Below are positions 50,953-64,000 of a DNA stretch of 64,000 bases, piece after piece. The notes under the pieces are model-generated. The model was not told where the DNA came from. It made no database searches and was given only the letters and a program-made list of their open reading frames with translations. Source of the DNA: Octopus sinensis (Eukaryota); contig NC_043007.1 of assembly GCF_006345805.1 (NCBI RefSeq), positions 34,658,001 through 34,722,000 on the forward strand, given 5' to 3'. The position numbers and the translations under genes are program-made. Each line of letters starts with the position of its first letter. Position 1 is the stretch's first letter.

Positions 50953-51377
50953 ACACACACATACACATACACATACACAGACGCACACATAGGGCCTTAC
51001 TGTGTATGAACTGTCTGACACAGAATTTCGTTTGCAATAGCAACATGATATTAATTAAGTAATTAATTATCTGCTAATTATGTATCATTCGTCATCTAAA
51101 CCAATTTATTTTTTCTAACATTACGCCTCTTCTACTTCATTTTTTTTTTTTGTCAGATAAAATAATAATTTCTCTTTGCTCTTCCTTCCCGCCCACCCGT
51201 CTATCATTGAGAGATTTCGACAGAAGCAGGAAAATATTAAAAAATTCATTTTTAACATCCGCCATATTATTGTAATTAGACGGGATTACTATTAAAATTA
51301 TTATTATAAGTTACTATCATTTCCAATTTTGTTATAAGATGTTTTTGTTGTTGCCATTATCATCATCATCATCATTA

Positions 51378-51466
<89 letters not shown>

Positions 51467-52294
51467 AATATTATTATCATCATCATCATTATTATCATCA
51501 TCATTATTATTATTATCATTATCATCATTATTATTATCATTATCATTATCATCATAATCATTATCATTATCATCATCATCATCAATATTATTATTATTAT
51601 TATTATCATTATTATTATTATCATCATTATCATTATTATTATTATCATTATCATTATTATTATTATCATTATTATTATTATTATTATTATTATCATTATT
51701 ATTATTATTGACAGAGTTTTCTTGAAGCTGGAAACGGTATGATCAGTATGAGCTCTTATACACGTGCGTGAGTTTGTGTATGTATGTATGTATGTATGTA
51801 TGTATGTATATCTACTCCGCCCTCTCTCACTGTGTATTCCTGGCTATCTTCTCGAAATGGACACTTGACAAAAATTGAAAGTCTAATGGTGTAGAATCTC
51901 CAGACACATCACTGGCAAAAGTAGTGTGTGAGTCTTACGGAGTGTAGCATATACAATTAAGCAAAGAAGGAATTTAGCACAACTTTATTATTTGTCACAA
52001 TTGTTTCAATACACTCCGTCTCTAACGCAATTGCCTGTGAACGTGAAAAGTTGCAAAATATCTGCAGTTGACTATATTGCAATGTCATTCATCAGTCTAG
52101 CCTCATGACGTGCGTGTACTCTTACATTGTAGTCTGATGAGGTGCCACTCCAATGTTAACAACCGCAAATATTCCATAATTTTTCGCATGGAATCATTTC
52201 TGGTACAATGGAACTAGAAACAGTGTGGTACCGAAACAACGGTAACTAATAATAGAGATGCAGTAGCTTCATCTTTTGAGTATTTATTGCATTT

Positions 52295-52350
<56 letters not shown>

Positions 52351-52369
52351 AGCAAACACTCTCTTACAT

Positions 52370-52403
<34 letters not shown>

Positions 52404-52412
52404 ATATATATA

Positions 52413-52746
52413 TAAAATGTGGCATCTCAGGGCGACTACAGTACCAGTGACTGTGGGATCTCTAGGAATGATAAAAAAAAAAGGTACTGAAACCTATTTG
52501 AAAATGATACCAAGAAGTGCAAAAAATTGTGTTAACTGGAACGACTCATGTATTGAGAAGAGCATTATCGATGTGAAAACAACATCCATTCATGAATTTA
52601 TTTATTCATTAATTTTTTAACTATATATTTTACCTGTGAATTTGCGTGTGTAATCTGGAAATGCATACAATGAGCTTCTCTGCCCTAGGTGTATACAATT
52701 TCTCGGCGAGAAACGGAAAAAAAAATTTGAAGAAAGAAGGAAAAAC

Positions 52747-52786
<40 letters not shown>

Positions 52787-52790
52787 TAAA
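52413..52790 (+). mobile_element. R4/Dong-like RLE retroposon 3' end, family 1
   Basis: KMWHLRATTVPVTVGSLGMIKKKGTETYLKMIP plus a 3' UTR ending in (TAA)n; same family as 61938-62470. Confidence 0.82.
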
Positions 52791-53939
52791 TAGCCATCAT
52801 AACCATGTGTTGGGTTTAAATAAATATAACAAAAGCAAAATTTGAAAGAAATATTAGCCATTTTTCATACTTTCTAGCGGTAAATAAATAGGTAATAACA
52901 GCTGCTACTCAAGGACAAAAACCGTGTCATTTAGTGGAGTCCTCTTGTTTATCGATCCACTTCTAGAAATTCTGCTACTTTTCAAACATCTAGTGTCTCT
53001 TCTTAAATAATCTACATAAACGATCTCTTGTCTAGGACAGATTTAGGAATTTCAAGATATTGTTTTCGATTAACGTTTGCTGTTATCATCTATCATAGAT
53101 GAAAGACGACGGTGAGCTAGAAGAATTGTTATCGCGCCGGACAAAATGCTTAGAAGTGTTTTTTTTTCCGGTCTTACGTTCTGAGGCCAACTTTGCCTTT
53201 CATAATTTCGAGCTTGAGGTCAATATTATCGACTAGCCTTTCACCACAAAATTTCAGGCCTTGTGCCTATAGAAGAAAATATTATCTCGTAGACAAATGT
53301 TTTATTGTAAACACAGGTATAACACAGAATGTTCAATTGCTTTATATTTTTTCGTTATTTTACATGTTTCAGTCATTTGACTGCGGCCATGCTGGAGCAC
53401 CGCCTTAATGGGTTTTTAGTCGAAGAAATCGATCCCAGGACTTATTCTCTGTAACCCTAATCCTTAGTCTATCGGTCGCTTTTGACGAACTGCTAATTTA
53501 CAGGGTTGTAAGCGTAACAACACCGCCTGTCAAGCGATGGTGGGGGATACAGACATACACACACACACGCATAGATATATACATATATATTCGACGGGCT
53601 TCTTTCAGTTTCCGTCTACAAATCCACTCACAAGTCTTTAGTCGGGCCGAGGCTATAGTGGAAAACACTTGGCCAAGGTGCCACACAGTGGGACTGATCC
53701 CGGAAGCATGTGGTTGGGAAGCCTGCGCCTGTTATAGAGACCTTTGGAATGTCAGTAGCAGTTTTTTTTATTTCCATTTTCCTTGTTTCATTTTTTTTTC
53801 TATTGTGTAATCTCTACAGTTCGCTTCATTTCCATTAAATATAATGGTGAAGCTGTAATTCATAACAGAGAATGCTAACCTATTACCTTATTTCTTGTAA
53901 TAAATTTTTATACATTTCCACTGTTGATACACGCATCGG

Positions 53940-54321
53940 TGGAGGCGCAATGGCCCAGTGATTAGGGCAGCGGACTCGCGGTCGTAGGATCGCGGTTTCG
54001 ATTCCCAGACCGGGCGTTGTGAGTGTTTATTGAGCGAAAACACCTAAAGCTCCACGAGGCTCCGGCAGGGGATGGTGGTGATCCCTGCTGTACTCTCTCA
54101 CCACAACTTTCTCTCACTCTTACTTCCTGTTTCTGTTGTACCTGTATTTCAAAGGGCCGGCCTTGTCACTCTCTGTGTCACGCTGAATATCCCCAAGAAC
54201 TACGTTAAGGGTACACGTGTCTGTGGAGTGCTCAGCCACTTACACGTTAATTTCACGAGCAGGCTGTTCCGTTGATCGGATCAACCGGAACCCTCATCGT
54301 CGTAACCGACGGAGTGCTTCC
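53940..54321 (+). mobile_element. SINE-B, full-length young copy
   Basis: 12-bp TSD tgatacacgcat at 53925-53936 and 54326-54337. Confidence 0.92.
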
Positions 54322-56631
54322 CCCATGATACACGCATGTACAAGCACACACACACACAGACACGTGTGTGTGTAAAAGAATTTGTATGGGTGGTTATGGC
54401 CTAATTGCCCTGAAGTTAGGGTAATTCTTAAAAAATTCTGTCATTAAGAATTAACTCGTTTCTTTGTAATTTGACCCAATTTGTTTCGCACCGTTCTCGT
54501 TTCATAATTTCCTGGTTGAATTCACAAACATTTTTTTTAGTAGGACATCTAGCTGTGTATCGTCATTTGTACATAGTTTGCACGAAAATTCATATAGATA
54601 AGACTTGTATGTTTCCGCGGACTTTTACAATTCATGTTGGATTCACTAGGCAAATTTCCCTTATGAGGTTCGATCTCTTTTACTCTTTTACTTTTTTACT
54701 TGTTTCAGTCAGTTGACTGCGGCCATGCTGGAGCACCGCCTTTAGTCGAGCAAATCGACCCCGGGACTTATTCTTTGTAAACCCAGTACTTATTCTATCG
54801 GTCTCTTTTGCCGAACCGCTAAGTGACGGGGACGTAAACACACCAGCATCGGTTGTCAAGCAATGCTAGGGGGACAAACACAGACACACAAACACACACA
54901 CATACATATACATATATATACATGTATACGACAGGCTTCTTTCAGTTTCCGTCTACCAAATCCACTCACAAGGCATTGGTCGGCTATAGCAGAAGACACT
55001 TGCCCAAGATGCCACTCAGTGGGACTGAACCCGGAGCCATGTGGTTGGTTAGCAAGCTACTTACCACACACCCACTCCTGCGCCCAAATCTTATATAAAT
55101 ATTTGGAACAAGTATTCTCTTTAAAAAATTTCCGTTGCTATGAACACGTATTGGGTTGGTGCGGCTTTTTTTTCAACAAATTTTATTCAGCAAAAAAAAA
55201 AAAAAATAATAACAATACATAGGCGCAGGAGTGGCTGTGTGGTAAGTAGCTTGCCGAACCGCTAAGTAATGGGGACGTAAACAAATCAGCACCGGGTATC
55301 AAGCTGGGGGAGGGGGACCACAAACACACACATATACATACAAATCTACACACACACAAACAAACAAATACACATACACACATGCATATGCATATCCAAT
55401 GGTATGGCTTTTCTCGTTTATATCCCTGTAAAATGTGCTGGCCTTTGTTCATATTTAGTTCTTTATTGCCCACAGAGAACAAAATATAGAAGGTACAAAC
55501 AAGGACAGACAAAGGGATTAAGTCGATTACATCGACCCCAGTACGTAACTGGTACTTATTTAAACGATCCCGAAATGGTGAAAGCCAACATCGACCTCGG
55601 CGGAATGTGAACTCAGAACATAAAGACAGACGAAATACCCATTTCTTTCCTACCCACAAGGGGCTAAACGCAGAGAGAACAAACAAGGACAGACAGTCGC
55701 TGAAAAGGTCCCAGGTGTGTGATGAAAGATTTCCAGACAATGGACATAAGATAAAATAAGAACGGTAATAAACGAGTGAAGAACGAATGTATAGTGCGTG
55801 TGTTTATTTGGCAAGGAAAAAGTGACCGTCCCAAAATATAACAATATCTGTTTTAACACACGATTTCACATCAGGAATCTTGCAAAACAAATACATAGAA
55901 TTAGGTACATCTTGGGAAACAGGGTTGCAAACTTGAAGTAAGAATACTTTACTCATGTGATTTACTTAAACTTTTCTCTGTCTAAGCAGAGGCGCATGGG
56001 TCAGTGGTTAGAGCGTCGGGTTCACATCAGGAGGGAGCGAGTTCAATTCGCAGATCGAGTGTGTATTGTGTTCTTGAGCTTTATTTTACGTTGTTCCAGT
56101 TCACTCAGCTGTAGAAATGAATCACGACATCACTGGTGCCAAGATGTACCGGTCTTTGCCTTTCCCTTGGATAACAGACGTGGAGAGGAGAGGCTGGTAT
56201 GCATGGGTGACTGTTCTTCCGTAAACAACATTGCCCGGACTTCTGCTTCGGAGGGTAACTTTCTAGGTGCAATCTTTTTCTCTCTCTGTGGCGCATAGGT
56301 AATCGACAAATTTTCTTCACAGTTCTCGACCCTGGACTGTCTCTCCATAGTTAAAGCCTTTCTCTCCTAGGTCTTATTAGATTTGAATTGCCATCGATGT
56401 ATCAGTAACTTTAATGTTTTTCTAGGTAGAGGTGTTGGCCTTATGCAAAATCATTTTCACCTCTAGGAAGAGGGGGTCCTTATTCATCTGATCTCTATAG
56501 TTTGACCTGTCCAGGTCTCAGGGTCATTGGGACATAGAAGCTAGCACACGAGAACGAGGGCAGGACTTTGAGGTGGTTGAAGTAAGAATGCTTGAAATAA
56601 AAAGCTGAAGTATATTTATTGATCATATTAA

Positions 56632-57011
56632 GGAAGCACTCCGTCGGTTACGACGACGAGGGTTCCGGTTGATCCGATCAACGGAACAGCCTGCTCGTGA
56701 AATTAACGTGTAAGTGGCTAAGCACTCCACAGACACGTGTACCCTTAACGTAGTTCTCGGGGATATTCAGTGTGACACAGAGAGTGACAAGGCCGGCCCT
56801 TTGAAATACAGGTACAACAGAAACAGGAAGGAAGAGTGAGAGAAAGTTGTGGTGAGAGAGTACAGCAGGGATCACCACCATCCATGCCGGAGCCTCGTGG
56901 AGCTTTAGGTGTTTTCGTTCAATAAACACTCACAACGCCCGGTCTGGGGATCGAAACCGCGATCCTACGACCGCGAGTCCGCTGCCCTAACCACCGGGCC
57001 ATTGCGCCTCC
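56632..57011 (-). mobile_element. SINE-B, full-length young copy
   Basis: 13-bp TSD attgatcatatta at 56618-56630 and 57014-57026. Confidence 0.92.
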
Positions 57012-58570
57012 TCATTGATCATATTATTGCATTTTAACGTGTCTGTATTGTAAGCAGTTTGCTCCCCCAACTACATGGTTCCGGGTTCAGTCCCATTGCG
57101 TGACACCTTGGGGTCGATGTCATCGACTTAACCCCCCCACCTGAAATTGCTGTCCTAGTGCCAAAATTTTAGGCCAATATTTCAAAACAGATTTCTAGTT
57201 CCTTAAGGGCCTCTAAGTTCCTGCGTATTTGTGATAACTGTAATCTTTCTATGTGGAATTTCGAGTGCTTACTACTATAACGGCCACTACTCTTCTGAAG
57301 GAGCTAGCTGCCTACCACTTTCTCCGGACATATCTAGAATATTCCACATTCCTACTCTTCTCACGGCTACAATATCCCACCCTACAGATCTACCCACCCC
57401 CATTCGCTTAATTGATTTATCAAAGAAAAGAAAAATTGTATTCAGAATTTACGAAAATGTAACTAATAGTGTAGAACATTTATTGCATCATATTCTGTCA
57501 CCTCTTTTTTTCTTTCTTTCTTTATTTTCCATTAATACAAGCTTAATCCAGTTGTTGGTGGGAAGAAAGCACGGAAACGTAGCAACGAAAATAAGATTAG
57601 CTTTAAAAATATAGGAATAAATTAGACAGAAAGATAACATTAGGAGAGGTATTTTACAGAAGCAAATAATAAATTTAAGATTATTAAATTCGCTACGCGG
57701 ACAAATAAATCATTTGAATTAGTCAGAAAACGTATTCAAAAAGTTGTTTTTTAAATAGCAATATCATTAAACAACGGATTTTAAATAATCCTAATGATTT
57801 GGAAGATTTTCAGCAGTAACGAAAAAATTGAATTAGTGAACAATAGATAAAGCTAATGATATTACACTATTTATGCTTAAAAGATTTCGTGTGAAGAAGA
57901 AAGCAACGAAGTCTTTTGGTCGAGGAAGAATTAGGAGTAAATGGTAAAGAATTTACAAGGATTACTTAGAGAAGGGATTACGAAGTAATAGAATATGTTG
58001 CCAAGACAAAAGAAGACTGAAACCTGCGAAATTATAGATACAAATGAAACGGACATCATTATATTATGTAAAAAGATGTAATGAACTCTAAATTCAATAG
58101 AAATGTATATATATCGGTTTATTTGTTGACTTGTTTCCGTCATTAGACTGCGGTCATACTGGAGCACCGCCTTGAAGAACGTTAGTCAAACGAATCGACC
58201 CTAGTCTCTTTTTATTTCTTTATTTGGTATTTCTATGGGTCTCGTTTTCCGAACCGCTATGTTACGGGAAGATAAACATACCAACACCGATTGTCAACCG
58301 GTAGTGGGAGACAAGTACACACACACGCACATTGATATATATATATATATAACCGACAACTGATGAAGGGTCCTTTCTCTGTGTTTACTTTCCTGTTTTC
58401 TATTTTTTTCTCGTTGTTTATATATATATTATTTATATTTATATATGTATATATATATATATATATATACAATTAAAAATGAGGGTGTCTAAAAGACACC
58501 AACATGCCGAAATAGCAGTCGAAACACTGACTATAGTACCACGTTAAATGTTCATATCGCACCATGAGGT

Positions 58571-59001
58571 AATGCCTCCAATGGACGAATCACGATGTGC
58601 CTTGAGTGATTCGTGTGCGTATGTGAGTGTGTGTGTATGTGTGCGCGCGCGTGTGTGTGTTAGTATCGTATTTTCCTTAATTTAAGGACAAAGTTTTTGG
58701 AGAAAAAAATCTACAGACGATACTTGAAAAAATCACTTCATACTTTAGTAATTGGTATATATTGTTCAAAATACAAAAGCGCTCAAAACATCCAGATAAA
58801 GTACCGTAAATAAAAAAAAATTAAGTTTTATATTTGAGAGATGAGGAATTATGTACATTATTTACATTATTTACACTTGACGGATATTTGTCCTCATCTT
58901 GTTTGTTGCTAACACATTTCGGCTGATATACCCTCCAGCCTTCATCAGGTGTCTTGGGAGAAATTTCGAACCTGGGTTCTCATTCCTAAGGTATTTTTCG
59001 G

Positions 59002-59040
<39 letters not shown>
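58571..59040. repeat. Local direct duplication, copy 1 (copy 2 at 61412-61860)
   Basis: ~240 bp of otherwise unique sequence plus the hammerhead repeat and (TTA)n, nearly identical; copy 2 lacks ~24 bp at the internal junction. Confidence 0.92.
58911..58953 (-). ncRNA. Hammerhead-like motif lacking stem III/NUH
   Basis: GACAC-CUGAUGA-A-GGCUG..CAGCC-GAAA-U-GUGUU. Confidence 0.5.
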
Positions 59041-59041
<1 letters not shown>

Positions 59042-59153
59042 TTAATTGTTAAAAAAATTTTTTTACCTTTGTAAGGTATTTCTTTCATGCTGGCCACTTG
59101 ATAATTTCGACACTTAAATATCGATATTATCCTCATATATAAATATATATATA

Positions 59154-59191
<38 letters not shown>

Positions 59192-59394
59192 CTATATAAT
59201 ATTATATTATATATATATATATATATATATTCGACGTCTTATTTCAGATTCCATAGACCGAATCCACTCACAAGGCTTTGTTCGGTCCGAGGCTAAGGCG
59301 GAAGACATCTGGCCAAAGTGTCACGCAGTAGGATTGAACATGGAACCATGTGGTTGGGAAGCAAACTCCTTTCCACACACCCACGCCAGCGTTT

Positions 59395-59451
<57 letters not shown>

Positions 59452-60358
59452 TGTGTGTGTGTAAGTGTGTGTGTGCAGAAACACACAACATACATACATA
59501 GTCCCTTTTTTTTTATCACCCAACAACCTAGATGTTTTGCGTTCTTGTCCCATTTTTTGTATTTTTTATATATAAAAATATAGTGGCGTACGTACACTTT
59601 GGTCTCTTATATGTGTGTATCTAAATTTTGTACGACTCAATAATTCTTTCTATTCTCTCAGTCTTTCCTTCATTCTATCAGCTCCTTCACACTTCGTTCA
59701 TTCCATTCTTCGCTCTTTCGTTTCCCCCCTCTTACATTTCCTGGGCTTCCCTTCATGGTCACCTTCACTCCTCTTTCACTTCGTTCTGTCCCTTTCCCTT
59801 TTTTCTCACCCCTCCTTAATTCTTCTATCACTCTGCCTCTACCTCTCTCTCTCTCTCTCTCGTCTCTCCTCACATGACCCGTGTTCGGCCAAGCCTGACC
59901 TTTCTTTCTTAGTTCGACTACCATCCGTGCAACATCTATATTCCTCCCTGTGCCTGTCAAAACTTATGTCCCTGCCGTAAAGCTTTACCTCCACACACGC
60001 CAGCTTAATTTAATTCGTCCTTAGTCGAAAGACGCTCGTTGTTGATGTCCTGTTATTTGTATTTGTACAACATTTCTCCGTTTTTTTTTGCCGTCTTTGT
60101 TTTCGTATACATTCGCTGCTTTCTTCCAAGGAATCTAGTGCTCTTAGCTTAGTTATTCCTTGGGGTTGGCCAGATTAGAGCAACCTCGAGTATAACTAGC
60201 CGAAATTACAAAGATAATCTGGAACTCGACTGAGGAAAGAAAACTCCAAATGACCCGTCCTTGTTTTCTTTGCATTGTCTGTCTGGATGTTTTGTTGTCC
60301 CTTTTTTGTATCACCTAACTGTCTGAATGTTTTACATTCTTGTCCCATCTTTGTATTA

Positions 60359-60461
<103 letters not shown>

Positions 60462-60487
60462 GTATATATATATATATGTATATATAA

Positions 60488-60561
<74 letters not shown>

Positions 60562-60619
60562 CATACATACATACATATATACATACATACATATATACAT
60601 ACATAGTAACGCTTTATTC

Positions 60620-60697
<78 letters not shown>

Positions 60698-60706
60698 ATA
60701 TATATC

Positions 60707-61036
60707 ACCATCAAAATACAGGTCCAGATACTGCAACAGCTTGGGTTTCAGAAGACCACACCTCTTTAACATCCTCCCTAAATGCCTGAGAGACTTACAT
60801 GGTGTGGATGTGGGTTTCTTTAAAGCTAAACTGGATCTCTTCTTGTCGGGAGTCCCAGATGAACCTACCTCACGACAGGAGACGCAGATGCGGGCAGCAG
60901 CATCGAACTCCCTTGTTGATCAAGTGCCACGTATCAGAGGTAGATTCACATATTAGTGTAGCTCATTCAGCGGTGGCGCCCCAGCATGGCCGCGGCCTTC
61001 GGGCTAAAACATTTTTAAGGATTTAAGGATTTAAGG
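60707..61036 (+). mobile_element. CR1-group LINE 3' end, 5'-truncated
   Basis: [60 protein letters not shown]; tail ggtggcgccccagcatggccgcggccttcgggctaaaac followed by (tttaagga)n. Confidence 0.87.
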
Positions 61037-61245
61037 ATATTACAGAGATGTACTTGCATAGCAAGTGACCTGATCTGGAAGGTGTTTATAAGCCATTTAA
61101 AATTTTGTCAGTGAAGAGGTCTCGGTCTCAAAGCGACGAAAATATTTTTGGCTAATTTAATTTAAATGTTGAAGTGAATCGAATGGTTTTTATTGTGTTT
61201 TTAAATGGCTTGCAAACACTTCCCACGCTCCAACTGTTGTGTATA

Positions 61246-61317
<72 letters not shown>

Positions 61318-61726
61318 CATATACTAATACATATTTGTTTCCGTTCATTTATTTTCACACAGATATAGTCACGACTATTTCCAATTAGCTGTTGAGCACT
61401 CTCAACGATGAAATGCCTCCAATGGACGAATCACGATGTGCCTTGAGTGATTCGTGTGCGTATGTGAGTGTGTGTGTGCGTGCGCGCGCGTGTGTGTGTG
61501 TTAGTATCGTATTTTCCTTAATTTAAGGACAAAGTTTTTGGAGAAAAAAATCTACAGACGATACTTGAAAAAATCACTTCATACTTTAGTAATTGGTATA
61601 TATTGTTCAAAATACAAAAGCGCTCAAAACATCCAGATAAAGTACCGTAAATAGAGATGAGGAATTATGTACATTATTTACATTATTTACACTTGACGGA
61701 TATTTGTCCTCATCTTGTTTGTTGCT

Positions 61727-61769
61727 AACACATTTCGGCTGATATACCCTCCAGCCTTCATCAGGTGTT
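61727..61769 (-). ncRNA. Hammerhead-like motif lacking stem III/NUH
   Basis: AACAC-CUGAUGA-A-GGCUG..CAGCC-GAAA-U-GUGUU; stem I is fully Watson-Crick in this copy. Confidence 0.5.
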
Positions 61770-61816
61770 TTGGGGAAATTTCGAACCTGGGTTCTCATTC
61801 CTAAGGTATTTTTCGA

Positions 61817-61877
<61 letters not shown>

Positions 61878-61889
61878 TTATTATTTTAT

Positions 61890-61937
<48 letters not shown>

Positions 61938-61938
<1 letters not shown>

Positions 61939-62470
61939 TCGATTCCCCGTTACATACCGACAAAACTATAAAAGCCAATAAACCGGATATTATTATAAAA
62001 GATCAGACAAAAAAAGGTGAGTTTATTAATTGACATGAGTATTCCTTGCGATCACAATATTGCAGCGAAAGAATTTGACGAGATCAGTAAATATAAAGAC
62101 TTGCTAATAAAAATTGAAAAAATGTGGTATCTCAAGGTGACTACATTACCAGTGATCGTAGGATCTCTAATAATGATAAAAAAAAAAGGTACTGAAACCT
62201 ATTTGAAAATGATTCCAGGCTTACCATCCCTACAGCAAGTGCAAAAAATCGTGTTAACTGGAACGACTCATGTACTGAGAAGAGCATTATCGCTGTGAAA
62301 ACCACATCCATTCATGAATTTAATTATTTATTTATTTATTTATTTTAATACATATTTTACCTGTGAATTTGCATGTGTAATCTGGGAATGCATACAATGA
62401 GCTTCTCTGCCCTAGGTGTACGGAAAACATTCGGCGAGAAATGGAAGAAAAATTGAAGAAAGAAGGAAAA
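61938..62470 (+). mobile_element. R4/Dong-like RLE retroposon 3' end inside (TAA)n
   Basis: DSPLHTDKTIKANKPDIIIKDQ..LLIDMSIPCDHNIAAKEFDEISKYKDL..IEKMWYLKVTTLPVIVGSL..VQKIVLTGTTHVLRRALSL* (PD-(D/E)xK-type RLE signature); (TAA)n on both sides. Confidence 0.88.
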
Positions 62471-62484
62471 TAATAATAATAATA

Positions 62485-62537
<53 letters not shown>

Positions 62538-62584
62538 TCGAAAAATACCTTAGGAATGAGAACCCAGGTTCGAAACTTCCCCAA

Positions 62585-62627
62585 GACACCTGATGAAGGC
62601 TGGAGTTTATATCAGCCGAAATGTGTT
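62585..62627 (+). ncRNA. Hammerhead-like motif lacking stem III/NUH
   Basis: GACAC-CUGAUGA-A-GGCUG(gaguuuauau)CAGCC-GAAA-U-GUGUU. Confidence 0.5.
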
Positions 62628-62909
62628 AACAACAGACAAGATGTGGACAAATATCCATCAAGTGTAAACAATGTAAATAATATTTAAAAAATCAAGGTTT
62701 ACCATTATATAGTTTGTTACAAAAGCTACAAAATCTTCGTTGCTTCCACTTATGTTTGAAAAGATATCAGACATTTCATCATTGGACCAGTATTATAATC
62801 AAAACGAATATCATCTTTGGTCACATTTATTGCATTACTGGAACCATGTTTTTTTAAGTCAATTAAGCTCTATATCACTTCTTATGTGTGTGTGTGTATA
62901 TATATGTTA

Positions 62910-63019
<110 letters not shown>

Positions 63020-63066
63020 TACATACATACATACATACATACATACATACATACATACATACATAC

Positions 63067-63117
<51 letters not shown>

Positions 63118-63123
63118 CACATG

Positions 63124-63438
63124 TGGAGGCGAATGGCTCAGTGGTTAGGGAAGCGGACTCGTGGTCGTAGGATCGCGGTTTCGATTCCCAGACCGGACGT
63201 TGTGAGTGTTTATTGAGCGAAAACACCTGAAGCTCCACGAGGTTCCGGCAGGAGGGTAGGGTGGCGATCGCTGCTGTACTCCTTTGCCACAACTTTCTCT
63301 CATTCTTTCTTCTGTTGGCCGGCTCGCTTAGCCAGAGGGGTGACGTCATTTGAAGGCTAAAACAATGCGAAGCGCATTGTGACCAGCGATGTGAAGCAGC
63401 ATCTGAGAGCCTGCTCGGTCACGGTAATCACGGTGACG

Positions 63439-63443
<5 letters not shown>
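63124..63443 (+). mobile_element. SINE-B head with an alternative 3' tail ending in cacggtgat-like repeats
   Basis: The head matches SINE-B. The tail ggctaaaacaatgcgaagcgcattgtgaccagcgatgtg... also occurs alone at ~20750-20832. Confidence 0.75.
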
Positions 63444-63507
<64 letters not shown>

Positions 63508-64000
63508 CACACGCGCGCGCCCGACGGGCTTTCTTCAGTTTACCTCTACCTAATCCACACACAAGGCTTTGGTCGGCTCGCAACTATAGCAGAAGACACT
63601 TGCCCAGATGCCACGTAGTGGGACTGAACTCGGAACCATGTGATTGGGAAGCAAGCTTCTTACCACACAGCCACGCCTGTGATCTGAGACACTTCTAAAA
63701 GAAACCGTACAATATAATTTATTTGTGAAAAGCACAAATTTTCATGTCAGCTTCAACGAGCTTTCTTCGAGACCCGTTTTTGATTTGGTTCTCCTAACAA
63801 TGCTTTGCGTTTCATGAACCGATAACATCGCAATTTATGGCCAGGAAAATCTTCTGACCTGTTTATGACGTACGCTAAACACTGCATTTACATTCTGTGT
63901 TCAAATCCTGTGGAGACCAACTTTTCCATTCTTCCCTTCGAGGTCGATAAATTTCAGGCTTTGAGCTTCCATCAGAAACAATCACTTCTTCTTCTTCTTC

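Noticed and set aside
53940-54015. Functional tRNA genes at SINE-B and SINE-D heads
   Set aside because: They have A/B boxes but continue into SINE bodies with TSDs, and I could not draw a complete cloverleaf.

Overview
AT-rich, microsatellite-saturated animal DNA made almost entirely of transposon relics. The SINE set looks like that of octopus or another coleoid cephalopod (from memory, not a database result). I can support no host protein-coding exon, rRNA, intact tRNA or CRISPR array; most ORF-track entries translate simple repeats. DNA transposons: a decayed autonomous Helitron (1-1792), one complete and one partial non-autonomous Helitron, and Merlin, Chapaev-like and mariner/Tc1 relics. 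Non-LTR retrotransposons: a near-complete CR1-group ORF2 (17.2-20.4 kb), two more CR1-group 3' ends, three RTE pieces (one with three C-terminal C2H2 fingers), and two families of restriction-like-endonuclease (RLE) retroposon 3' ends sitting in simple repeats. Four tRNA-derived SINE families occur (called A-D here). The less ordinary signals are: (i) minimal hammerhead-ribozyme motifs in three unrelated repeat families, including a near-intact U4C variant at 12888-12922; (ii) a ~1 kb composite in which two inverted hammerhead repeats enclose an RLE fragment; (iii) a covarying 3' hairpin shared by three LINE ends and SINE-A; (iv) SINE-C inserting into itself at GTATTT; (v) a decayed 21/42-bp heptad-coding array; (vi) several foldback palindromes. 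Coordinates were read by eye; fuzzy repeat boundaries may be off by tens of bases.
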